The position numbers and the translations under genes are program-made. A stretch of 60,820 nt of DNA. It comes from an uncultured Gammaproteobacteria bacterium (GTDB lineage: Bacteria > Patescibacteriota > Microgenomatia > UBA10105 > UBA927). Each line of letters opens with the position of its first letter. Within the stretch, counting starts at the first letter, position 1. Below are positions 44,325 through 53,321 of this stretch, piece by piece. Location: positions 1 through 60,820 of the forward strand of contig CAYSEV010000004.1 of NCBI GenBank assembly GCA_964430295.1, read 5' to 3'. The notes beneath the pieces are model-generated. The model saw nothing but the letters and a program-made list of their open reading frames with translations, was not told where the DNA came from and made no database searches.

Positions 44325-45638
44325 ATGAAAAGTATTGATAATCTAAAAAAGTATATTGCATCTGCATTTCAGAAATTTAAACAATTTTCTCCTCTCCTTA
44401 AAATACTAAGTATTGGTATAGTCATCACTCTTGTATGGTTTGGGTATACACGAATCTTTTCTTCTAAAAAGAATAGTATTTCCTATACTACCGAAACGGC
44501 AGAAAAAGGAACGCTTATCGTATCTATTTCTGCATCCGGGCAAATATCTGCAGCTAATTCAGCTTCTGTGTCAACACAAACATCTGGTGTTGTTAAAAAA
44601 ATATTCGTAACGAATGGCCAACAGGTCAAAGCAGGTGATCCTATTGCTGAAATAGATTTAGATATGGAAGGAAAACAAAGATCATCACAGGCGTATGCAT
44701 CATATTTAAGTGCGAAAAATTCTCTTGATAGTGCAAATGCAAATTACTATTCGTTGCAATCAACATTATTTACACAGTGGGATACATATATGAAAAAAGC
44801 TCAAAATTCCACATACACAAATCCTGATGGATCACCAAATACAGATCAGCGGAACTTGCCTGCTTTTTCAAGTACAAACGATGACTGGCTGGCAGCAGAA
44901 GCAAAATTTAAAACACAACAGGGAGTTATCGCACAGGCACAAACATCTGTATCAAGTGCATGGGCATCGTATCAACAGGCATCTCCAATAATCTATGCAC
45001 CAATCTCAGGGACCGTCACTGGACTTTCTTTACAAATAGGAGCGGTTTTGACATCCCAAACCAGTTCAACAGGAAATTCCACATCGCAGCGGATAGCAAA
45101 CATTATTACCGAAGCCGCACCTCAAGTGACAGTCCAATTAGCACAGATAGATGCACCAAAAGTAAAAATCGGAAATAAAGCAACGATTTTGTTAGATGCT
45201 CTTCCTGATAAAACATTTACGGGAACTATTATAAGTATTGATACAGTTGGAAGTGTCTCTTCCGGTGTAACTTCATACCCTGCAATTATAAAACTTGATG
45301 TAGCATCAAGTGATATTTTTTCAAACATGTCCGCTACCGCTAAAATTATTACCGCAACAAAGGATGATGTTGTTCTTGTTCCATCTGCCGCTATCCAAAC
45401 ACAAAATGATACGACAACTGTGAGAGTTATGAAAAATTCTGTTGTATCTACTGTTACTGTACAAACAGGATCAAGTAATGACACACAAACAGAAATTATC
45501 AGTGGCATTTCTGAAGGTGATGTCGTTGTCACAGGAAGCACTTCCACATCTACCACGAAAACTACATCAACAACCTCCCCTTTTAGCGCGTTCGGCGGAC
45601 GCGGAGTTGGAGGAGCAACCACACGAATTGGACGGTAA
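44325..45638 (+). CDS. efflux periplasmic adaptor (HlyD/MacA-like)
   Basis: Start placed at the ATG at 44325, because the track GTG at 44289 lies inside the putative promoter. N-terminal TM, lipoyl-like GQQVKAGDPIAEID, and a Ser/Thr-rich C-terminal tail. Confidence 0.85.
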   Translation: MKSIDNLKKYIASAFQKFKQFSPLLKILSIGIVITLVWFGYTRIFSSKKNSISYTTETAEKGTLIVSISASGQISAANSASVSTQTSGVVKKIFVTNGQQVKAGDPIAEIDLDMEGKQRSSQAYASYLSAKNSLDSANANYYSLQSTLFTQWDTYMKKAQNSTYTNPDGSPNTDQRNLPAFSSTNDDWLAAEAKFKTQQGVIAQAQTSVSSAWASYQQASPIIYAPISGTVTGLSLQIGAVLTSQTSSTGNSTSQRIANIITEAAPQVTVQLAQIDAPKVKIGNKATILLDALPDKTFTGTIISIDTVGSVSSGVTSYPAIIKLDVASSDIFSNMSATAKIITATKDDVVLVPSAAIQTQNDTTTVRVMKNSVVSTVTVQTGSSNDTQTEIISGISEGDVVVTGSTSTSTTKTTSTTSPFSAFGGRGVGGATTRIGR

Positions 45639-45642
45639 TGAC

Positions 45643-46353
45643 ATGAATACGCAACCGATTATTGAAGCACGACATTTGTCGAAAATCTACGCCATGGATG
45701 GAATGGAAACTGTAGCGCTTCATGATGTATCTTTTACCATCAAAAAAGGTGAATTCGTTGCTATCATGGGCCCATCTGGTTCAGGAAAATCCACACTCAT
45801 GCATATACTCGGAGCCCTGGATTTACCATCGAAAGGAGAATATATCCTTGATGGAGAAAATGTTGAGAAATTGAAAGATGATGATCTTGCAGATATCAGA
45901 AATAAAAAAATTGGATTTATTTTTCAGGCGTTTAATCTCCTTCCACGGACGACCACACTTCAAAATGTAATGGTACCGATGATGTATGCAGGTATTCCTA
46001 AAGCACAACGCATCCAAAAGGCAACGGAACTTCTCAAACTTGTAGGACTGGGTGACAGACTCACTCATACGTCCAATCAGATATCAGGAGGACAACAACA
46101 ACGTGTTGCTATAGCGAGAGCATTAACCCTTGATCCTGCATTGCTTTTGGCCGATGAACCAACAGGTAATATTGCGTCAGCTCAGGCTGAGGAAATTATG
46201 ACTATATTTCAAAAATTAAATGATGATGGTCATACAGTAGTAATGATTACCCATGAACCTGACATTGCAGAACATGCAAAGAGAATTATTTTTATTAAAG
46301 ACGGCACAATTATAAGTGACAAAAAGAACGCAAAACAACGAAGGGTTTCATAA
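45643..46353 (+). CDS. MacB/LolD-type ABC transporter ATP-binding protein
   Basis: Start at the ATG at 45643 (MNTQPIIEARHLSK). Walker A GPSGSGKST, signature ISGGQQQRVAIARAL and Walker B LLLADEPTGN. Confidence 0.93.
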   Translation: MNTQPIIEARHLSKIYAMDGMETVALHDVSFTIKKGEFVAIMGPSGSGKSTLMHILGALDLPSKGEYILDGENVEKLKDDDLADIRNKKIGFIFQAFNLLPRTTTLQNVMVPMMYAGIPKAQRIQKATELLKLVGLGDRLTHTSNQISGGQQQRVAIARALTLDPALLLADEPTGNIASAQAEEIMTIFQKLNDDGHTVVMITHEPDIAEHAKRIIFIKDGTIISDKKNAKQRRVS

Positions 46354-46355
46354 AT

Positions 46356-47582
46356 ATGATGGATTACATGGAATTACTATTTGAAAGCATACGGACGCTG
46401 ACAGTAAATAAAATGCGTACTGGTTTAGCTATTTTAGGCATAGTTATTGGCATCGGAAGTGTTATAGCACTTGTTTCTTTAGGACAAGCGACACAACAGT
46501 CAATTCAATCTCAAATCCAGTCTCTGGGAGCCAATTTACTGACTGTTATGCCAGGAGGTCAACAGTCAGGAGCTGTGAGAGGTGCAGCTGGTGGAGGCAA
46601 TACGCTGACGCTCGATGATGCAAAAGCAATCTCATCATCACAACAAATAACAACTGTCAAAAATGTATCACCCGAATTATCCAGAAGGACACAGGTTACA
46701 ACAGGAAAAGCAAATACAAATACGCAGGTCATTGGCGTTGTACCAATATATACGGAAGTCCATAAAGTTACGATTGAGCAAGGATCATTCATAACACAGC
46801 GTGATGTAGACGGAATGACAAAAGTCGCAGTCATTGGTTCGCAAGTTGCAACAGATTTATTCGGTGAAAATTCTTCACCTATCGGACAATCGCTTCGCAT
46901 AAGCGGAAAAACATTTACCATTATTGGGATGACAGTATCCAAGGGAGGGTCCGGATTTCAAAACCAGGATGATATCATTTATATTCCCCTCTCAACAGCT
47001 CAGAAACAAATTTTTGGAACAGACTATGTAAGTACTATAGCGCTTGAAGCAAAAAATTCTGATGTCATGATCGACGCCCAAAACGAAGTAGGATACCTAT
47101 TACTTTCTAAACATAGACTATCATCTCCAGCCCAGGCAGATTTTGCTATATTTTCACAAGCAGACATATTGAATGCTGCATCATCAACAACCGGGACATT
47201 TACGGCACTATTATCTGGAATTGCTGCGATTTCATTATTGGTCGGCGGCATTGGTATTATGAATATCATGCTGGTAACAGTGACAGAAAGAACTCGAGAA
47301 ATTGGACTTCGTAAAGCTCTGGGTGCAAAGAAAAAAGCTATTACACTCCAATTTTTAACAGAGTCTATTATGCTCACATTTACCGGAGGTATTATTGGCA
47401 TACTTCTTGGCATTGGCATTTCCTTTGGGGTGACAAAGGCAATGAGTGTACCGTTTGTTATTTCTGCACAAGCTATCATACTCGCATTTGCAGTGTCTGC
47501 AGGAATAGGCGTTCTTTTTGGATGGTACCCATCAAGAAAAGCTGCAGATTTACAGCCTATCGAAGCGCTCCGATACGAATAG
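46356..47582 (+). CDS. MacB-like ABC transporter permease (FtsX family)
   Basis: 408-aa ORF with TM1, a large periplasmic domain and three C-terminal TM helices. Includes MLVTVTERTREIGLRKALGA. Confidence 0.92.
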   Translation: MMDYMELLFESIRTLTVNKMRTGLAILGIVIGIGSVIALVSLGQATQQSIQSQIQSLGANLLTVMPGGQQSGAVRGAAGGGNTLTLDDAKAISSSQQITTVKNVSPELSRRTQVTTGKANTNTQVIGVVPIYTEVHKVTIEQGSFITQRDVDGMTKVAVIGSQVATDLFGENSSPIGQSLRISGKTFTIIGMTVSKGGSGFQNQDDIIYIPLSTAQKQIFGTDYVSTIALEAKNSDVMIDAQNEVGYLLLSKHRLSSPAQADFAIFSQADILNAASSTTGTFTALLSGIAAISLLVGGIGIMNIMLVTVTERTREIGLRKALGAKKKAITLQFLTESIMLTFTGGIIGILLGIGISFGVTKAMSVPFVISAQAIILAFAVSAGIGVLFGWYPSRKAADLQPIEALRYE

Positions 47583-47608
47583 ACTGCGCAGTATATAAAC
47601 GAGAATAT

Positions 47609-47640
47609 TTCAGCAATATTTCAGAAAATATATATACAAT
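47609..47640 (+). promoter_or_regulatory. third TTCAG-N6-TTCAG box 10 nt upstream of TACAAT
   Basis: TTCAGCAATATTTCAG at 47609-47624 and TACAAT at 47635-47640. AGGAGG plus the ATG at 47664 lie downstream. Confidence 0.55.
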
Positions 47641-47663
47641 TTCGCTATTACTAGGAGGAACAT

Positions 47664-48134
47664 ATGAAAGAAACAACTGGACCAATTTCAACTACAGCAA
47701 TTGCCTTATGTGTGGCAATTGGAGCAGCAGGTTTTTTTGGTGGTATGAAATATGAATCATACCAGACATCAAAAAATCGACAAGCTATGATGGGACAATT
47801 TGGAGGACAAAGACCAAATGGTGCATCAGGTCAATTTGCAGGACAACGAGGGTCAGGGAGAGGCGTAGGTGGAAATAGACCTGTTGCTGGAGAGATTCTC
47901 AGTACAGATGGAAAAACAATGACTGTAAAAATGGTCGATGGATCTACAAAAATCATTGTGTTATCAGAAAAAGTGTCTATCAATAAGGCATCACAGGCTG
48001 CAAAAGAGGATCTGAAAACCGGTGAAAAAGTCAGCGTGTTTGGTACAGAAAATTCAGATGGGAGTCTGACTGCAGTTAATATTCAACTTAATCCAGTATT
48101 CAGAGGAATGGAAGCATCTCCTGCACAAAAATAA
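47664..48134 (+). CDS. membrane-anchored Gly/Gln-rich protein with DUF5666-like C-terminal domain
   Basis: 156-aa ORF with an N-terminal TM, a GQ/GR-rich low-complexity stretch, then GEILSTDGKTMTVKMVDGSTKIIVLS...VSVFGTENSDGSLTAVNIQ. Confidence 0.6.
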   Translation: MKETTGPISTTAIALCVAIGAAGFFGGMKYESYQTSKNRQAMMGQFGGQRPNGASGQFAGQRGSGRGVGGNRPVAGEILSTDGKTMTVKMVDGSTKIIVLSEKVSINKASQAAKEDLKTGEKVSVFGTENSDGSLTAVNIQLNPVFRGMEASPAQK

Positions 48135-48154
48135 CTAGACAAAAGGATATATCC

Positions 48155-48190
48155 ACACAAACGGATCCATCATTATGGATCCGTTTGTGT
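48155..48190 (+). terminator. perfect 16-bp hairpin (ACACAAACGGATCCAT-CATT-ATGGATCCGTTTGTGT), terminator-like but with no T-tract
   Basis: Seen directly 21 nt after the stop of 47664-48134. Its 3' end abuts a TATACT box. Confidence 0.5.
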
Positions 48191-48203
48191 ATACTATCTG
48201 TGT

Positions 48204-48902
48204 ATGCCTTTTAATATACCTATTCAACTGATCATTTATGGCATAAATGCATATATTGGCATGTATTTGTATCTTCTTGCTATTCTTCATCATTCAACCA
48301 TTTCTACCATCCAATGGTTTGGATTCTTATCACTTCTAAATCTGTATTTATCTCTCATCATTAGTCCACTCTATGTTGTCTTCCCTTCTATCCCATATAA
48401 GAATTTTGCAATTATCGGAAGACAAGCCTTTGGTATTTGCGCATGCATATATGCATGTATTCATGCATATATTGGATTCTTCGGATTCATCGGAGGGTTT
48501 ACAGGGTTATCAGTTTGGAGCACGAAATATAGATTTTCAATCGTAGTCGGTACAGTTGCTATAGTCATTCTATTGCTTCTTACAATCACATCGTATTCCT
48601 CTATTAAAAAATATATGGGCATATATTGGAAAAAATTTCATAGAACTGTATATGTGTGTGCAATCCTTATTCTTATACATAGTGTTACCGTTACAATACA
48701 TCTATTCCATCTAACAGAAATCATGATAGCAGCATATATTGCAATTGTTTTTCTTCTACTACTAGAAGCATTGAGATTTGAAAAATTTTTACGTAAAAAA
48801 GGATATATGAAGACCGGACACTATATAACCAGGATTATATTTCCTCTATGTAGTGCAATACTATTCTGGTCATTTTTTGGGATTAGCCATCACACGCATT
48901 AG
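48204..48902 (+). CDS. ferric-reductase-like (MsrQ/YedZ-type) transmembrane protein
   Basis: 232-aa ORF with about six TM helices and conserved-looking His residues in TM helices (CIHAYIGFF, KFHRTVY, LIHSVTVTIH). The family call is tentative. Confidence 0.4.
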   Translation: MPFNIPIQLIIYGINAYIGMYLYLLAILHHSTISTIQWFGFLSLLNLYLSLIISPLYVVFPSIPYKNFAIIGRQAFGICACIYACIHAYIGFFGFIGGFTGLSVWSTKYRFSIVVGTVAIVILLLLTITSYSSIKKYMGIYWKKFHRTVYVCAILILIHSVTVTIHLFHLTEIMIAAYIAIVFLLLLEALRFEKFLRKKGYMKTGHYITRIIFPLCSAILFWSFFGISHHTH

Positions 48903-48911
48903 GCAGGGGAG

Positions 48912-49853
48912 TTATTCAACAATAGAATCAATCGGTGTTTGACTTCGTTTATTTTGATAATGCACCAATAATTCAGCGAGAAGTCCTGTAGATATGAGTT
49001 GAACTCCACACAAAACAAATAAAATTCCCATAAGAAGTAATGGCCGTCTCCCTATAGAAATTCCTATGAAATGTAAATACGTTAAATATATAAGCGGAAT
49101 TATTCCTAACATACTAAGAATCCCACCAGCCATCCCAAAGACATGCATGGGCCTGGTTTTAAACGATGTAATAAAAATGGTTGTAAGTAAATCGAACGCC
49201 GCACGAATAACACGTTCATGCCCAAACTTCGATACGCCAAATTTTCGTGAATGATGGTTTACGATAATTTCATTAACACGAAAACCACGAGAGGCAGCGA
49301 GGACGGGAATAAATCTATGCAGTTCTCCGTATAAATCCAGTTCCGCTGCAACAGATTGCTTCATAACTTTTAACCCACAATTCATATCGTGAAGAGATAG
49401 GTTAAAAAATCGTGAAACGATTCCATTAAATATATGAGATAGCTTTATCTTACCTGACTCATCATTTCTTTTTTTCCTCCACCCAACGACAAGATCGGCT
49501 GTATCCTTATGTACCATATCTATAGCGGGAGCTAATTCTTGTGGATCATCTTGTAAATCGGCATCCAACGTAATAATCATATCCCCTTTTGTATGTAAAA
49601 ATCCTTCTTGAAGTGCTGCAGATTTGCCGAGATTTTTTCGAAATCTGATAACAGTCATATGACACATTTTTTTATTTTTCAATCGTATGAGTTCTTCATA
49701 AGATTTATCTGTACTACCATCATCAATAAACACAAATTCACATTGTTCTTTTCTACGGTCAAAAAAAGAAGCAGTTTGCATCACAAGCTGTTCTAAACTT
49801 TCATATTCGTTATAGACAGGAATAACAATACTATAGAGATGTTGTTTTTTCAT
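48912..49853 (-). CDS. family 2 glycosyltransferase (polyprenyl-phosphate glycosyltransferase-like, two C-terminal TM)
   Basis: Start at the ATG at 49853, because the track start is a TTG. Motifs IVIPVYNE, DDGSTD and DADLQDDP. Confidence 0.88.
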   Translation of the reverse strand: MKKQHLYSIVIPVYNEYESLEQLVMQTASFFDRRKEQCEFVFIDDGSTDKSYEELIRLKNKKMCHMTVIRFRKNLGKSAALQEGFLHTKGDMIITLDADLQDDPQELAPAIDMVHKDTADLVVGWRKKRNDESGKIKLSHIFNGIVSRFFNLSLHDMNCGLKVMKQSVAAELDLYGELHRFIPVLAASRGFRVNEIIVNHHSRKFGVSKFGHERVIRAAFDLLTTIFITSFKTRPMHVFGMAGGILSMLGIIPLIYLTYLHFIGISIGRRPLLLMGILFVLCGVQLISTGLLAELLVHYQNKRSQTPIDSIVE

Positions 49854-49854
49854 A

Positions 49855-51306
49855 CTATATTCGTTTAAAGACAAAAAGATTTCCTTCCTGTTTCAAAACC
49901 TCATACTGAGGATTATGTAACAATTTATCTACCTGATCACGCTGTGCTTCTCCGCTGGGCCATGCATATGGATCACCTAAATATACCACAATATAATCTG
50001 AAGTCTCTGCATGTATAGGAAAATTATATAAAAACTGCCTTTGTGTAAAATGCGCGCCTATATTATTGGTTGCTGAGACAGTTTTATCTGAACTAATTTG
50101 TTTTTTAATTTGCTGCAAACTTTGTTTTTCCGGTATGGGTGTAATAAAAAACCAAAACCACTGAGATTTACCTACTGGTAATTCTCCCCATAAATAGACG
50201 GTTACTAGCATGCATATAGACAGATATACTGTAAGTATGCGGGAAGATATTTTTTTCCGAAGGATAGCAAACCCATATATAGAAGAGATTGTAATAAAAG
50301 GCGTTATGATACTTCCATATTGATAATCTATCTGTCTCATGAGCTGATTATTACTGAGCGTATTAACTAATAAACTGGCAGATGCAAATACAAGTGACCA
50401 CGGAGATAGAAGTGACAAGAATCCAAATGGAGATACTATTTGTGCGTAGTAATATAATCTGTCAGGTGCTATAAGTGTTTGAAGTACAGATAACGGTTTT
50501 GTAAGAATACCTTTGAGTATTTCATTTAGACTGCCTCCATATTCCGAAAGATATACTAATGCAAAATGCTGCTTTTCAGGAGTAACAGCGGGTATAGCAA
50601 TCCAAAATAATACATAGAAAATGAAGGCGGAAATGGCAAAAACTATGCTCCCAAATAGCATATTTTTTTTATGAAGAGCAATATATATTCCAAATAGTCC
50701 AGTGACGATCCAAACATCTTCCTTCCCCAATCCTGCCAACACAGCAAATAACGTAAATACCATATATTTTTTTTGCTGCATATACCAATACGCATAGAGA
50801 AGAAATGTTGTTGAAAGAGATACTGCATGAAAATCATGGAGCATTTTTCTCTCCATGGGTGGATATAATAAATAGAGACCCGAAAATAATAGTGCCAGTT
50901 TTTTTGAACGAAGCGTGCTATAGGCGATCCAATATACAGGTATAGCACCTAATCCGGCAACTAATGCTTGTACAAATACTAACAAGTTAGGACTTGACCA
51001 TACTGCATACAGTGGTGCAAGAAGTATCAACAAAAAATCCGCATGCACTGCTAATCGTGATTCCTGAACAGTACCTGTTGGATCAGTGAGCGTAAAACCA
51101 TTTCCATGCCATACATTCCAAACGGTTTGATCCATGTTTCCAAGATCCAGTCTTCGTGAATGAAAATTTTCATGCCTCAGTATAGATACTGTGGAAAAAT
51201 ACACGATGAAGAGCGTTATACATAGTATGAGTATATGCTCGGACGTAATTGTTAATCGTTTTACTATGTTCATAGTGCGAATATATAGAAAACAAACGAC
51301 CTCCAT
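49855..51306 (-). CDS. DUF2079-type polytopic membrane protein (putative glycosyl/arabinosyl-transferase-like)
   Basis: 483-aa ORF with more than 10 TM helices and an LDLGNMDQTVWN motif near the first loop. Confidence 0.6.
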   Translation of the reverse strand: MEVVCFLYIRTMNIVKRLTITSEHILILCITLFIVYFSTVSILRHENFHSRRLDLGNMDQTVWNVWHGNGFTLTDPTGTVQESRLAVHADFLLILLAPLYAVWSSPNLLVFVQALVAGLGAIPVYWIAYSTLRSKKLALLFSGLYLLYPPMERKMLHDFHAVSLSTTFLLYAYWYMQQKKYMVFTLFAVLAGLGKEDVWIVTGLFGIYIALHKKNMLFGSIVFAISAFIFYVLFWIAIPAVTPEKQHFALVYLSEYGGSLNEILKGILTKPLSVLQTLIAPDRLYYYAQIVSPFGFLSLLSPWSLVFASASLLVNTLSNNQLMRQIDYQYGSIITPFITISSIYGFAILRKKISSRILTVYLSICMLVTVYLWGELPVGKSQWFWFFITPIPEKQSLQQIKKQISSDKTVSATNNIGAHFTQRQFLYNFPIHAETSDYIVVYLGDPYAWPSGEAQRDQVDKLLHNPQYEVLKQEGNLFVFKRI

Positions 51307-51432
51307 TGTATAACATCAAACATACCTGAAGATATGCTGAAAACATCACTATCTCCAGCTTATTTTCAGAATCAGATCAGATACTATCTGAATTGAGATC
51401 GTTCAAAGGGCCTGATATACTCAGAGGACTAT

Positions 51433-52848
51433 ATGAAATGGAAAATCGTTATAGGGATACTCATAACCATACTCCTTTTGGGGGGCCTATTCGTATATAT
51501 TCAAATTCGATCAATTACTGACAAGTCGTTAATAAAATCTCAAAAAAAACCTGATGAAGTATATGTTACGCTCGAGCAAAAAATAGCACATAAGAAACCG
51601 TTTAGTATACTTCTACTCGGATATGCGGGTGGAAAACACGATGGAACATATCTTACCGATTCAATGATAGCGGCACGAGTCGATCCATCAGCAAAAAAAA
51701 TATATTTGGTCTCCATCCCACGGGATACATGGATAACAATCCCCAGCACTGCTGGTACCTCAGATCACTGGAAAATTAATGCGGCATACCAAATCGGTCT
51801 GGATGATAAAGGATACCCTAACAAACCATCAGCATATACAGGAGAGTCAGGCGGAGCAAATCTTGCTAAATATGTAACATCACAAGTATTAGGGCAGTCC
51901 ATTGATTATATGGTTGCCATAGACTTTGCAGGATTCAAAAATACAATAGATACACTTGGTGGTGTTGATGTGCAGGTAGATACGACATTTGACGATTTTG
52001 CATACCCACTGGATGTGGTTCCTGACGAATCCTGTGGTCATAGTAGCGATGAAATAGAAAAATTTACTGCAACAGTTTCAGCAGAGCCACAATTATGGGA
52101 GTATTTCTCTTGCAGATATAAGCATTTACATTTTGATAAAGGCACCACTCATATGAATGGGACAACAGCACTCGAATATGTACGGTCCAGACACAGTGCA
52201 GTAGATGGCTCAGATTTTGGTAGGGCCAGACGTCAACGGAATTTAATTCTTGCCGTAAAACAACAGATTATGTCAGCAGGATTTATACCAAAAGTCATTC
52301 CGTTTATAGAAAGTTTAGGCAACGATTTAAAAACAGATTTAACGCTTTCAGATATAAAAGCATTGTTACAATATGCTGGAGATATAGGTTCATATGAGAT
52401 ACATACATATGCTCTAACAGATAAAAATTTCCTAAATATTACGACATCAGAAAAAGGTGCTTCTATTCTGGCACCTAAAGAGGGCATAGATAATTGGTCA
52501 AAAATACATTCTTGGATAGCGGATATCTATGCAGGCAAGCCGGAACAGACACCTGCCATTGTGCGAGTAGAAAACGGAACGAAAAAATCAGGATTGGCAC
52601 TGAAGGTTACAGATTTACTGCAAAAATCCTCTATACAAACCGTTGAACCGGTAAACAGCAAAGAAAAGACAGATAAGACTATCATTACTGTATATAACAA
52701 AGCCATTCAGGCAAATGATATTGCTTCTATACTGAAGTTATTAAATGTGCAAACCGTTGTATATGATACTCATACATCTGATGAGTTCAATATAAAAATT
52801 CTTTTGGGTGATGATTACACATCATCCCCAACCCCAACAGTACAGTAA
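51433..52848 (+). CDS. LytR-CpsA-Psr (LCP) family protein with LytR_C-like C-terminal domain
   Basis: 471-aa ORF with an N-terminal TM and SIPRDTW, RSRH...DFGRARRQ motifs. Confidence 0.88.
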   Translation: MKWKIVIGILITILLLGGLFVYIQIRSITDKSLIKSQKKPDEVYVTLEQKIAHKKPFSILLLGYAGGKHDGTYLTDSMIAARVDPSAKKIYLVSIPRDTWITIPSTAGTSDHWKINAAYQIGLDDKGYPNKPSAYTGESGGANLAKYVTSQVLGQSIDYMVAIDFAGFKNTIDTLGGVDVQVDTTFDDFAYPLDVVPDESCGHSSDEIEKFTATVSAEPQLWEYFSCRYKHLHFDKGTTHMNGTTALEYVRSRHSAVDGSDFGRARRQRNLILAVKQQIMSAGFIPKVIPFIESLGNDLKTDLTLSDIKALLQYAGDIGSYEIHTYALTDKNFLNITTSEKGASILAPKEGIDNWSKIHSWIADIYAGKPEQTPAIVRVENGTKKSGLALKVTDLLQKSSIQTVEPVNSKEKTDKTIITVYNKAIQANDIASILKLLNVQTVVYDTHTSDEFNIKILLGDDYTSSPTPTVQ

Positions 52849-52878
52849 TCCAAATAGAACAGGGAGAATCTTGCGTTA

Positions 52879-52908
52879 TTGACAAATGCAACTAAGTTGC
52901 ATTATCAT
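52879..52908 (+). promoter_or_regulatory. TTGACA-18-TATCAT promoter whose spacer is a perfect 19-nt palindrome (putative Fur/Zur box)
   Basis: AATGCAACT-A-AGTTGCATT at 52885-52903, TTGACA at 52879-52884 and TATCAT at 52903-52908. The ATG at 52916 follows 7 nt later. Confidence 0.6.
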
Positions 52909-52915
52909 ACCATTT

Positions 52916-53320
52916 ATGAACGATGCAGATATCATACGCTTACTAAAACAAAACGGATTGAAGTGTACAAGTGTACGGAAAAATTGCATACTGTATTTTT
53001 CACAGGCTACGGGACCTATTGATGCACAAATACTCATAGATACACTCCAGGTAAATAAAACAACCATATATAGAGAACTCTCGACATTACTGAAAAAAAA
53101 TATTATTTCAGAAATTGATTTCGGAGATGGAAAAAAGAGATATGAACTGACTTCTCTATCCCATCATCATCACCTGATTTGCATGAAATGTAAGTCTGTT
53201 TCAGAATATACAGTAAAAACTGACCTCTCTGAAGAAGAAAAGTATATACAAAAGAAACACGCATTTACCGTCTCACGACATATGTTAGAATTTTTTGGAA
53301 TTTGTAAATCGTGCGCATAA
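52916..53320 (+). CDS. Fur family metalloregulator (Zur-like)
   Basis: Start at the ATG at 52916 (MNDADIIRLLKQNG), because the track ATG at 52886 sits inside the promoter palindrome. HHHHLICMKC and FGICKSC metal sites. Confidence 0.85.
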   Translation: MNDADIIRLLKQNGLKCTSVRKNCILYFSQATGPIDAQILIDTLQVNKTTIYRELSTLLKKNIISEIDFGDGKKRYELTSLSHHHHLICMKCKSVSEYTVKTDLSEEEKYIQKKHAFTVSRHMLEFFGICKSCA

Positions 53321-53321
53321 T

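Noticed and set aside
45122-45622. 166-aa minus-strand ORF and the N-terminal extension of 45442-46353
   Set aside because: The first lies antisense to the adaptor gene. The ABC ATPase clearly starts at ATG 45643 (MNTQPIIEARHL...), and the upstream 67 codons overlap the adaptor's Ser/Thr-rich tail in another frame.
52886-52915. ATG at 52886 as the start of the Fur-family gene, and GTG at 44289 as the start of the adaptor
   Set aside because: Both lie inside the putative promoter/operator elements, between -35 and -10 or within the RR boxes. Downstream in-frame ATGs (52916, 44325) fit the promoter geometry and the protein family N-termini.
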